Source: Paracoccaceae bacterium (GTDB lineage Bacteria > Pseudomonadota > Alphaproteobacteria > Rhodobacterales > Rhodobacteraceae). From it: a DNA stretch of 64,000 bases. Numbering within the stretch: position 1 is the stretch's first letter; every line of letters starts with the position of its first letter. The stretch is from NCBI GenBank assembly GCA_027492585.1, contig JAPUEK010000054.1, positions 3,485 through 67,484 of the forward strand, written 5' to 3'. A program made the position numbers and the translations under genes. This document shows positions 48,023 to 56,580 of this stretch, one piece after another. Under the pieces are notes generated by a model. The model saw only the letters and a program-made list of their open reading frames with translations. It searched no databases and was not told the origin of the DNA.

Positions 48023-48651
48023 CCGATCTGATCGTCGAAAGCACCCCTACCGCCCCCGAGGCGCAGCCCTTGGTCGAAGACCTGATCCGCGAATATGACG
48101 GACGCTACGGCACGCGGTTCAATCCCGAAGGCGCGCGGGCCGAGGTTTTCCGCTATCCGCCGGAGACCTTCGCGCGCCCGGACGGCAATTTCGTCCTGCT
48201 CTTGCGCGGGGGGCAAACCATCGGCGGCGGCGCCTTCATGCGGCTTGACGGCGAGACCGCCGAGTTCAAGCGCATCTGGACCGATCTGCGCTTCCGTCGT
48301 CAGGGGCTTGCCCGGCGGATCGTTCTGGCGCTTGAGGAAAAAGCGGCGGAGCAGGGCTATACCCGCGTCTATCTCACCACCGGCTTCCGGCAGCCGGAGG
48401 CAGTCGGGCTTTACCTCGGCCTAGGCTACCGCCCGCTTTTCGATCCGTCGGAAGACCCGGAGCTTTACCTCACCCTGCCGTTCGAGAAGCATATCGGCGC
48501 CCTTGCCGGAAAGCCCGGCACCAGCCCGCTGAAAGTGCCGGGCGTCTATCCGCCCGAGCTGGCCCATGCCGCGCCGAAGCGTCCGCCGCTGACGCGGGAA
48601 GCTCCGGGCGGCGGGCTGAGCCAGGTCCGGTTCGGGGGGGCGCTGTCGTGA
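48019..48651 (+). CDS. GNAT family N-acetyltransferase
   Basis: 210 aa. 4-nt overlaps with both neighbouring genes. GNAT core RFRRQGLARRIVLALEEKAAEQGY. Pro-rich C-terminal tail. Confidence 0.8.
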   Translation: MTDLIVESTPTAPEAQPLVEDLIREYDGRYGTRFNPEGARAEVFRYPPETFARPDGNFVLLLRGGQTIGGGAFMRLDGETAEFKRIWTDLRFRRQGLARRIVLALEEKAAEQGYTRVYLTTGFRQPEAVGLYLGLGYRPLFDPSEDPELYLTLPFEKHIGALAGKPGTSPLKVPGVYPPELAHAAPKRPPLTREAPGGGLSQVRFGGALS

Positions 48652-50441
48652 CCCTCACCTCGGATTTCACCACGACCACCGTCGCTCCCCGTCCCGCCCC
48701 GCAGGACCTGAGCCGCTTCCGCATCGTTCCCGCCCGCCACCCTGCCCGCACCTTCGGCACGGTCGTCGGGGTGATCCTGCTCGCTGCCCTGCTCAACTCC
48801 GTCTTCGGCAATCCGAAATGGGGCTGGGGTGTCTTTGCGGAATGGTTCTTTGCCGAGCCGGTGCTTTACGGCCTTGGCAAGACGCTGCTCTTGACCGCGC
48901 TCGGCGCTGTCTTCGGCTTCAGCCTCGGCACGGTGCTGGCGCTGGCGCGGGTCTCCTCCTCGCCGCTGCTTGTCGCGCTGAGCTGGGGGTTCATCTGGCT
49001 CTTCCGGTCGATCCCGCTGATCGTGCTGCTGCTGATCATCAACAACCTCGGCTATCTTTATGAGACCATCGGCATCGGCATCCCCTTTACCGGGATCAGT
49101 TTCCTGAGCTTTCCGACCACGCAGGCGATCACGCCGCTTCTGGCCGCCGTTCTGGGCCTGACGCTGAACATGGGGGCCTTCTCCGCCGAGATGATCCGCG
49201 GCGGCATCCTGTCGGTCGATCAGGGTCAGCACGAGGCGGCGGCGGCCCTCGGCCTGCCGAAAGGCCGTCAGGCCCGGCGCATCATCCTGCCGCAGGCGAT
49301 GCGGGCGATCCTGCCGACCGCGTTCAACGAGATCATCGGCTTGGCCAAAGGCACGTCGGTGGTCTACATCCTCGCCCTGCCGGAGCTGTTCTACACCATC
49401 CAGATCATCTACCGCCGCAATCTCGAGGTCATTCCGCTCCTGATGGTGGCGACGGTCTGGTATGTCGTCATCCTCTCGGTCCTGTCGGTGATCCAGTATT
49501 ACATCGAGCGGCACTATGCCCGCGGTGCGCTCCGCAATCCGCCTGCCGATGTGTTCCGCCTGGTGGCCGAGCGGCTGGGCCTGCTGCGTACCGCGAAACC
49601 CGCCCCGGTGGTGCAGGCCGCCCCGGCGCCCGTGCCTGCTGCGCCTCGCGTCGCGGCAAGCTGGACGGAAAGCCTGCCCAAAGGCGGCACGGTGGACATC
49701 CGCCATGTGTCGAAATCCTTCGGGCCGCTGCGGGTGCTGGACGATGTTTCCCTCACCGTGCCGTCGGGCAGCGTGACCGCGATCCTCGGGCAATCCGGCT
49801 CCGGCAAATCCACCCTGCTGCGGACCATCAACCACCTTGAGACGGTGGAGGAGGGCTTCATCGCCATCGACGGCGAGCTGGTCGGCTACCGTCAGGACGG
49901 CCACACGCTTTACGAGCTGAAGGAGCGCGAGATCCGCCGCCGCCGCGTCGATGTCGGCATGGTCTTCCAGCAGTTCAACCTTTTCCCGCATCTGACCGTG
50001 CTGGAGAACATCATCGAGGCACCGCTCGCGGTGCGCGGCCTGAGCCGCGACGAGGCGGAGCGTCTGGCGCGCGGTCTTCTCGCCCGTGTCGGGCTGTCGG
50101 ACAAGGCGGGCGCCTATCCGCGGCAGCTCTCGGGCGGCCAGCAGCAGCGCGTCGCCATCGCCCGGACCCTGGCGCTGAAGCCCAAGGTCCTGCTTTTCGA
50201 CGAACCGACATCCGCGCTCGATCCCGAGCTGGTGAACGAGGTTCTGGACGTGATCAAGGAACTGGCCCGCTCCGGCACCACCCTGATCATCGTCACCCAC
50301 GAAATCGGCTTTGCCCGTGAAGTCGCCGATACGATCGTCTTCATGGAACAGGGCCGGATCCTGGAGGTCGGCACACCGGAAAAGGTGTTCGGCCAACCGG
50401 ATCACCCGCGAACGGCGGAGTTCCTCGCCAAGGTGCTCTGA
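48648..50441 (+). CDS. amino-acid ABC transporter, fused permease + ATP-binding protein
   Basis: 597 aa. Residues ~1-292 are a polar-amino-acid-type permease (EAA-like loop GAFSAEMIRGGILSVDQGQHEAAAALGL). An Ala/Pro-rich linker is encoded at ~49524-49688. The C-terminal ATPase has Walker A GQSGSGKST, signature LSGGQQQR and Walker B LLFDEPTSALD. Confidence 0.9.
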   Translation: MTLTSDFTTTTVAPRPAPQDLSRFRIVPARHPARTFGTVVGVILLAALLNSVFGNPKWGWGVFAEWFFAEPVLYGLGKTLLLTALGAVFGFSLGTVLALARVSSSPLLVALSWGFIWLFRSIPLIVLLLIINNLGYLYETIGIGIPFTGISFLSFPTTQAITPLLAAVLGLTLNMGAFSAEMIRGGILSVDQGQHEAAAALGLPKGRQARRIILPQAMRAILPTAFNEIIGLAKGTSVVYILALPELFYTIQIIYRRNLEVIPLLMVATVWYVVILSVLSVIQYYIERHYARGALRNPPADVFRLVAERLGLLRTAKPAPVVQAAPAPVPAAPRVAASWTESLPKGGTVDIRHVSKSFGPLRVLDDVSLTVPSGSVTAILGQSGSGKSTLLRTINHLETVEEGFIAIDGELVGYRQDGHTLYELKEREIRRRRVDVGMVFQQFNLFPHLTVLENIIEAPLAVRGLSRDEAERLARGLLARVGLSDKAGAYPRQLSGGQQQRVAIARTLALKPKVLLFDEPTSALDPELVNEVLDVIKELARSGTTLIIVTHEIGFAREVADTIVFMEQGRILEVGTPEKVFGQPDHPRTAEFLAKVL

Positions 50442-50558
50442 CCGCCGATCAATCCCGAAACCGGCTTCATCCCAAAGAAGAAACCCGCCCGACCGGCGCC
50501 CCCGTGGCGACCGGACCGGGACGGGGCAACCCCAGAAACCCCCTCCCTCCTCAAGGAC

Positions 50559-51488
50559 ATGACCATGAAGACCCCATTGCGTAGCCTGATCCTCGGCGCC
50601 TTTGCCGCCCTTGCCTCCCTTCCGCTGCTGGCCGCCGAGCCGGATCTGTCACCCGAACAGCCCGGCCGCATCCGCGCCGAGAAGGTACAGGCGGCCATCG
50701 ACCTCATCCCCAAGGATTTCGCCTTCGTCACCCCCGGCAAGCTGACCGTGGCCACCAATCCCTGGCAGCTTCCCTTCGGCGTCTATGCCACCGACAACGC
50801 CACCCCCATCGGGGCGGAGCCGGATATCGCGCAACTCGTCGCCGACAGCCTCGGGCTGGAGCTGAACATCGTCGCCGTCGCCTGGGCCGACTGGCCGCTA
50901 GGCGTCGCCTCGGGCAAATATGATGCGGTGATCTCCAACGTCACGGTGACTGAGGAGCGCAAGGAGAAATTCGACTTCTCCACCTACCGGCAGGACCTTC
51001 TGGGCTTCTATGCGCCGAAGGACAGCAAGCTTGAGAAGATCGAGACGCCGAAGGATATCGCCGGTCTCAAGATCATCGTCGGCTCCGGCACCAATCAGGA
51101 GCAGATCCTTCTGAACTGGATCGAGGAGAACAAGGCAGCCAGCCTCGCGCCGACCGAACTGCTCTATTTCGACGATGAGGCGGCGCGGGATCTGGCGCTT
51201 TTCTCCGGGCGGGCGGATGCCTATTTCGGCCCGAACGCCGCCGAGGCCTACAAGAACTCCCTGCGGGACGACCGCAAGCTTCTGGGCAAATTCTCGGGCG
51301 GCTACCCGCTGACCGCCGAAATCGCGGTGACCACCCGCAAAGGCTCCGGTCTGGCAGAGGCGATCACGGCGGGTCTCAACGCCCAGATCGCCAATGGCAC
51401 CTATGGCAAGGTTCTTGCCCATTGGGGCATCGAATCCGAGGCGGTGACGGACTCCAAAACCAACCCGCCCGGCCTGCCGAAGCCCTGA
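50559..51488 (+). CDS. ABC transporter substrate-binding protein (family 3, polar amino acid type), paralog 1
   Basis: 309 aa with a signal peptide. Clearly paralogous to the next gene (shared blocks SGKYDAVISNV.VTEERK.K.DF.TYRQ, PKDIAGLKI..GSGT.QE.ILL.W, NPPGLPK). Confidence 0.88.
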   Translation: MTMKTPLRSLILGAFAALASLPLLAAEPDLSPEQPGRIRAEKVQAAIDLIPKDFAFVTPGKLTVATNPWQLPFGVYATDNATPIGAEPDIAQLVADSLGLELNIVAVAWADWPLGVASGKYDAVISNVTVTEERKEKFDFSTYRQDLLGFYAPKDSKLEKIETPKDIAGLKIIVGSGTNQEQILLNWIEENKAASLAPTELLYFDDEAARDLALFSGRADAYFGPNAAEAYKNSLRDDRKLLGKFSGGYPLTAEIAVTTRKGSGLAEAITAGLNAQIANGTYGKVLAHWGIESEAVTDSKTNPPGLPKP

Positions 51489-51548
51489 GCCAATGTCGCC
51501 CGCGGGCCGGTTCCGCGGGCGGTTTCCTCCTCCCCAGAAAGATCCGAC

Positions 51549-52511
51549 ATGCTCCCCCTTTCCTTCTCCCGCCGCCGGGGTCTGGCGCTTGGCCTCTCCG
51601 TCGTGCTGACCTCGCTTCTGCCGGGCCTTGCCGCGGCTGAAACCGCCCTGGCACCCGAGGTCAGCGGCCTTGCCGCCGAGCAGCCCGGCGCGCCGCATAC
51701 CAAACCCAATCCCGCGGCCATCGCGGCCCTGCCGGCGGGCTTCGCCTTCGTGACGCCGGGCAAGTTCACGGTTGCGGTTTCGGCCTTTGCGCCGCCCATC
51801 GCCACCCATGCCGTCGATGGCGAGACGGTGATCGGGGCGGACCCGGAAATCGCCCGGCTCATCGGCGAGGCGCTCGGGCTGGAGCTGGAACTGGTCACCG
51901 TCGCCTGGCCGGATTGGCCGCTCGGGGTCAGCTCCGGCAAATATGATGCGGTGATCTCCAATGTCGGCGTCACCGAAGAGCGCAAGCTGAAATATGATTT
52001 CGCCACCTACCGGCAGGGGCTGCACGGCTTCTATGTCGCCAAGGACAGCCCGATCCAGAGCATCGCCGAGCCGAAGGATATCGCCGGGCTGAAGATCGTC
52101 ACCGGCTCCGGCACCATTCAGGAGCGCATCCTGCTGGAATGGAACCGCCAGAACGCCGGGGCGGGTCTGGCGCCGGCGGAACTGCTGTTCTTCGACGATG
52201 ATGCGGCAGAGACGCTGGCGGTCCTGTCGGGGCGGGCCGATGCCAACTTCAACCCCAATGGCACTCAGGCGTGGAATTCGGCGATCACCGGCAAGACCCG
52301 CCGGGTCGGCACGGTCAATGCGGGCTGGCCGCTCAATGCCGATGTGGGCGTGGTGACGAAGAAGGACAGCGGCCTCGCGCCCGCCGTCGTCATCGCGCTG
52401 AACGGGATCTTTGCCGAGGGCGCCTATGCCAGGGTTCTGGAACGCTGGGGGCTTGGCGAGGAAGCCATTGCCGAAAGCCGCCTGAACCCGCCCGGCCTGC
52501 CGAAGTTCTGA
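51549..52511 (+). CDS. ABC transporter substrate-binding protein (family 3), paralog 2
   Basis: 320 aa. Signal peptide with an RRR-containing N-region. Tandem paralog of 50559..51488. Confidence 0.88.
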   Translation: MLPLSFSRRRGLALGLSVVLTSLLPGLAAAETALAPEVSGLAAEQPGAPHTKPNPAAIAALPAGFAFVTPGKFTVAVSAFAPPIATHAVDGETVIGADPEIARLIGEALGLELELVTVAWPDWPLGVSSGKYDAVISNVGVTEERKLKYDFATYRQGLHGFYVAKDSPIQSIAEPKDIAGLKIVTGSGTIQERILLEWNRQNAGAGLAPAELLFFDDDAAETLAVLSGRADANFNPNGTQAWNSAITGKTRRVGTVNAGWPLNADVGVVTKKDSGLAPAVVIALNGIFAEGAYARVLERWGLGEEAIAESRLNPPGLPKF

Positions 52512-52518
52512 GGCCGCG

Positions 52519-53541
52519 ATGAGCTATTCCTTCACACAGGTCGGTTTTCTCATCCCCGGAAATTTCGCGGAGGACGATCCGCTCCGCGGGCTTGAGGACA
52601 CGCTCGACATCATCGCGCGCGGCGAGGATCTGGGTTACTCCTCCGCCTGGGTCCGCCAGCGGCATCTGGAACGGGGCGTCTCCTCCGCCTCGGCCTTCCT
52701 CGGGGCGGCGAGCCAGCGGACGACGCGCATCGGGCTTGGTACGGCGGTCATCCCGCTCGGCTATGAAAACCCGTTCCGGCTGGCCGAGGATCTGGCGACG
52801 GTGGATGTGCTGTCACGCGGGCGGCTGAACATCGGGGTCAGCGCGAACCCGCCCCAGTTCGGCGCGCTGCTCGGCGATCTCCTTTATGATGGCGACCCGG
52901 CGGGCAACGACTACAGCCACGCCCGCGCCGAGCGGTTTGCCCGCGCCCTGCGGTCCGAGCCCTTGTCGGACAGGGCCGAGGCGGGCAATGCCGCAGGCGC
53001 GCAGGTTCCGCGCCTGCAACCGATCGCCAGGGGGCTGACGGAACGGCTCTGGTATGGCGGCGGTTCGCTGAAATCGGCGGAATGGTCCGGGCGCAACGGC
53101 TGGCACATGCTGACCGGCAATATCGTGACCGGCGAGGGGACCGATGATTTCCTGACCGCGCAGGGGGCGCTCATCGACCGCTTCCTTGGCCATTGGCACG
53201 GGGTGGGCGCACCGCGCATCGCCCTTGGCCGGGTGATCCTGCCGACCGACAGCGCCAGCCCCGTGCAGCGCCGCCGCTACCGCGACTACGTTGCAGCGCG
53301 CAGCCCGCGCACCCTTGGCCCGCAGGGGCCGAAACGCACCCTCTTCGGGGCGGATATCGTCGGCTCGCTCGACGAGATCCTTGAAACGCTGGCACGCGAT
53401 CCCATCGCCACCCGCGTGTCGGAGTTCCGGCTGGAGCTGCCCTATGACTTCCCCCACGAGGATTATGTTCAGATCGTCGAGGATTTCGCCCGCCTTCTGC
53501 CCGTGATCCGACCGGCTGCGCTGCCGCGCACCGGAACCTGA
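52519..53541 (+). CDS. LLM-class flavin-dependent oxidoreductase
   Basis: 340 aa. Luciferase-like TIM-barrel signature (LGYSSAWVRQRH, RIGLGTAVIPLGYENPFRLAEDLATVDVLSRGRLNIGV). Confidence 0.8.
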   Translation: MSYSFTQVGFLIPGNFAEDDPLRGLEDTLDIIARGEDLGYSSAWVRQRHLERGVSSASAFLGAASQRTTRIGLGTAVIPLGYENPFRLAEDLATVDVLSRGRLNIGVSANPPQFGALLGDLLYDGDPAGNDYSHARAERFARALRSEPLSDRAEAGNAAGAQVPRLQPIARGLTERLWYGGGSLKSAEWSGRNGWHMLTGNIVTGEGTDDFLTAQGALIDRFLGHWHGVGAPRIALGRVILPTDSASPVQRRRYRDYVAARSPRTLGPQGPKRTLFGADIVGSLDEILETLARDPIATRVSEFRLELPYDFPHEDYVQIVEDFARLLPVIRPAALPRTGT

Positions 53542-53550
53542 CCCAAGGAG

Positions 53551-53907
53551 ATGACCATGACGACACCAGCCAAGACCCGGATCGACGGGCAGACCGCCCT
53601 TGCCGCCTGGCGCGAGGGGGCGATCCTGATCGACGTGCGCTCCGAACAGGGGCGGAGCAAGAATGGCGAGGTCCAGGGCGCGATCATCGTCGCCAAAAGC
53701 GACGTGGTCGATGTCGTGACCCGCAGGCTCCGGGGACGGTCCTCCGCCCAGCCGGTGATCCTTTTCTGCGGTTCCGTCGCCGGCACCGCACCGCTGATCG
53801 AGGCGCTCGTCGCGGCGGGCGAAACCGCGGTGGCCGATGTCGAAGGCGGGGTCGCCGCCCTGACCGGAGAGAACGGCCTCGCCGTGGTGCAGGCGGTTCC
53901 GGCCTGA
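53551..53907 (+). CDS. rhodanese-like domain protein
   Basis: 118 aa. LIDVRSE...G.I.GA and the active-site loop candidate ILFCGSVAGT. Confidence 0.7.
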   Translation: MTMTTPAKTRIDGQTALAAWREGAILIDVRSEQGRSKNGEVQGAIIVAKSDVVDVVTRRLRGRSSAQPVILFCGSVAGTAPLIEALVAAGETAVADVEGGVAALTGENGLAVVQAVPA

Positions 53908-53946
53908 GCGCGCCCCTGCGCGGGCTCTTCCCTCCATCCACTGTGC

Positions 53947-53998
53947 ATAAATATCCTGCGGGGAGGTCCGGAGGGGTGCAAAACCCCTCCGGCGCCTG
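53947..53998 (-). repeat. Family B repeat, copy B5 (short form, reverse orientation)
   Basis: ataaatatcctgcggggaggtccggaggggtgcaaaacccctccggcgcctg. Its reverse complement is almost identical to the first ~50 nt of B3. Confidence 0.9.
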
Positions 53999-54027
53999 CC
54001 ACGGGCGAGCCGCCCGCCACCTGTCCC

Positions 54028-54537
54028 TCAGCCTTCCTCCGGCAGATGCACCGCGCGGCGATAGGCGCGTTGGCCGTATAGAAGCGCGGCGGGGCTTTCC
54101 GACAGCCGGATCGAGGTGACGCGGCCGATCAGGATGTGATGCGTCTCCCACAGAAGCGCTGTGGCAAGGCGGCACTCAAAGGCCGCCGTCGCACCCTCGA
54201 TCATCGGCTGGCCGCCGGCCCCCGCGCTCCACGCCGCCTTGTCGAAGCGCGCCGCCGCCTCCCCGCCGCCACGCCCGGCGAAGAGATCCGAGACCGCCTG
54301 CTGGCTTTCGGCCAGAAGGTTCGCGCAGAACATCCGGTTCTTCAGGATCGCGGCGGCAGCGGGGCTCTGGTGGTGGATGCAGGCCAGAAGCGAGGGCTGC
54401 TCCCCATCCGCCGAAACCGAGGTCAGCGAGGAGATGGTGACGCCGAAGCGCCCCGCCTCGCCATCGGTGGTGGCGACGGCCACGAAGGTCGCCGCCCGGC
54501 TCATCCCTTCCAGAAAGAGGGCGCGCAGATCGCTCAT
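54028..54537 (-). CDS. flavin reductase family protein (NAD(P)H:FMN oxidoreductase component)
   Basis: 169 aa with a Flavin_Reduct-like core (FVAVATTDGEAGRFGVTISSLTSVS...PSLLACI). Confidence 0.8.
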   Translation of the reverse strand: MSDLRALFLEGMSRAATFVAVATTDGEAGRFGVTISSLTSVSADGEQPSLLACIHHQSPAAAAILKNRMFCANLLAESQQAVSDLFAGRGGGEAAARFDKAAWSAGAGGQPMIEGATAAFECRLATALLWETHHILIGRVTSIRLSESPAALLYGQRAYRRAVHLPEEG

Positions 54538-54540
54538 GGC

Positions 54541-55884
54541 TCAGCCCAGATCGAAGAAGCGGTACAGCTCGACATCCGGCACCTTGCGGCTGAATTCGTC
54601 GAACTGGCTCTGCCGGGTGGCGGCGAAGGCGTTGACGAAGGGCGCCCCCAGCCACTCGCGCGCGAAGTCGGAGCCTTTCAGCCGCTCGATCGCCTCGGGC
54701 ATCCTGCGGGCGTAATCGGGGCCGGACTTGCCCTGGGCATGGCCGTTGCCGATGACCTCCGGCTCCGGCTCGATCTTCTCGATCATCCCGGCGACCCCGG
54801 CGGCAATCGTCGCGGCGGCGGACAGGTAGGGGTTCACATCCCCGCCCGGCAGGCGGTTCTCGACCCGCAGGGAACCCGCATCATGGCCGACGATGCGGAA
54901 GCAGGTGGTGCGGTTCTCGTAACCCCAGGTCAGACCGGGGGGCGCGAACGTGCCGGGGGCGAAGCGGCGGTAGGAATTCACCGTCGGCATGAAGACCAGC
55001 GACATGTCCCCGATATATTTCTGCAAACCGCCGAGGAAATGCTTGAAGCTTTGCGATACGCCGTTCTTCTGGCCCGCCTCGTGGAACAGCGCCTTGCCGG
55101 CCTTGTCCTTCATGCTGACATGAAGGTGGATCGACTGGCTGTCGGCATCCTCTGTCCAGCGGGGCATGAAGGTCACCGATTTCCCCTGCCGCAGGGCAAG
55201 GGCGCGGATGAAATTCTTCAGAAGCATCAACTGGTCGGCCGGTTCCAGCCCCTCGCCCGCGCCGATGCAGGCCTCCATGAAGCCCGCGCCGATTTCCTCG
55301 TGCATCTTGGCAAGGTCGATGCGGAGCGGCTCGCAGATCTCGGCAAGGGCCTCGTACCATTCGGTCTGCACCACCTGATACAGCGTCAGATCGTGGCTCG
55401 CGTGCATGGTCGCGGTGTTGAGGTTGCGATACCCCTTGGCCCGCGCGCTTTCGGGGGTCTCGTTGAAGAGCGTGTATTCCAGCTCCATCCCGTATTTCGG
55501 CACGAAACCCGCCTCTGCCGCGCGGTCCAGCACCGACTTCAGGATCGAGCGCGGGCAGAGCGCCGCCGAGGCCCCGCTGTATTGCGTGAGCAGCAGGAGG
55601 TCGTAGCCCGGCTTCGACCACGGCAGGCGGCGGGCCGAGGCGGGGTCCACGATCAGGGGATCGTCGTGGAAATCCCCGGTGTCGTCGTTCACCCCCGGCA
55701 TCGACAGCATGGCATCGGTCGGGTCCAGCGAAAGCTGTGCCGGGGCCATGCCCATGCCGTTCTTCAGGATGCCCTGCAGGCTGCGGGCCGACACCATCTG
55801 ACCGCGCAGGAGCCCGTTGGTATCGGCCAGGGCCACGGTGGCAAAGCGGCTGGCGGGGTCGTTCAGGAAAGTCTCGAGCGTCAT
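54541..55884 (-). CDS. glutamine synthetase family protein (gamma-glutamyl-amine ligase type, PuuA-like)
   Basis: 447 aa. GS catalytic-domain motifs GMELEYTLF, IHLHVS, NSYRR and ENR. Confidence 0.85.
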   Translation of the reverse strand: MTLETFLNDPASRFATVALADTNGLLRGQMVSARSLQGILKNGMGMAPAQLSLDPTDAMLSMPGVNDDTGDFHDDPLIVDPASARRLPWSKPGYDLLLLTQYSGASAALCPRSILKSVLDRAAEAGFVPKYGMELEYTLFNETPESARAKGYRNLNTATMHASHDLTLYQVVQTEWYEALAEICEPLRIDLAKMHEEIGAGFMEACIGAGEGLEPADQLMLLKNFIRALALRQGKSVTFMPRWTEDADSQSIHLHVSMKDKAGKALFHEAGQKNGVSQSFKHFLGGLQKYIGDMSLVFMPTVNSYRRFAPGTFAPPGLTWGYENRTTCFRIVGHDAGSLRVENRLPGGDVNPYLSAAATIAAGVAGMIEKIEPEPEVIGNGHAQGKSGPDYARRMPEAIERLKGSDFAREWLGAPFVNAFAATRQSQFDEFSRKVPDVELYRFFDLG

Positions 55885-55896
55885 GGGGGCAAATCC

Positions 55897-56580
55897 TCAG
55901 AGGGCTGCGGGAGAGGGCTGGGGAAGCGGGGCGGTCAGGCGGGACAGGCTGGCAAGATCGGTAGCGGGATCGGTGGAATAGGCGCGCAGGAAGACCCTGA
56001 GGCCATTGGTGATCGACCGGGCAAGTTCGGCGCGGGTCGGCACCGCATCGGGAATGTGCAGCGCCCGGTTGCGCGGGGCGGAAAGGACAAGGCCCCAGAG
56101 GTCCTCGGCGGCCAGATCCGCCTCCTCGAAGGCAAGCCGTCCCGCTGCTCGCTGGCGGGTCAGGTAGGCGACCATCCCCGCCAGAACCCGGTCCGGTCCG
56201 GAGGCCTGATAGGCGCGGCCGATATCGGGGAACCTTTGCGCTTCGCCGATGATCAGCCGGGCGAGCGACAGGAATTCCGGCCGCATCACGGTTTCGGCGT
56301 AATGCCAGGCAAAGCCGTGCAGCTCCGCCACCATGCCGCCCGAAGGCGCCTCGAAAACCGCGAGCATCTGGTCGCGCCCCTGTGTCAGGATGGCGGTGAA
56401 GAGCGCCTCCTTGGAAGGGAAATACTGATAGAGCGTCGGCTTCGACAGACCGGCGCGGGCGGCGATGTCATCCATCACCGCGCCGGAATAGCCGGTCTGC
56501 GAAAAGACCTGCAAAGCGGCTTCAAGGATGCGGGCTTCGCGCAGCAGGCGGTTCTGCTGGCGGCGGGGCAGGTCGGTCAT
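55897..56580 (-). CDS. TetR/AcrR family transcriptional regulator
   Basis: 227 aa from ATG 56580, which forms an ATGA overlap with the upstream gene's stop. HTH region GYSGAVMDDIAARAGLSKPTLYQYFPSKEALF. The upstream part of track ORF ..57105 was rejected. Confidence 0.88.
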   Translation of the reverse strand: MTDLPRRQQNRLLREARILEAALQVFSQTGYSGAVMDDIAARAGLSKPTLYQYFPSKEALFTAILTQGRDQMLAVFEAPSGGMVAELHGFAWHYAETVMRPEFLSLARLIIGEAQRFPDIGRAYQASGPDRVLAGMVAYLTRQRAAGRLAFEEADLAAEDLWGLVLSAPRNRALHIPDAVPTRAELARSITNGLRVFLRAYSTDPATDLASLSRLTAPLPQPSPAAL

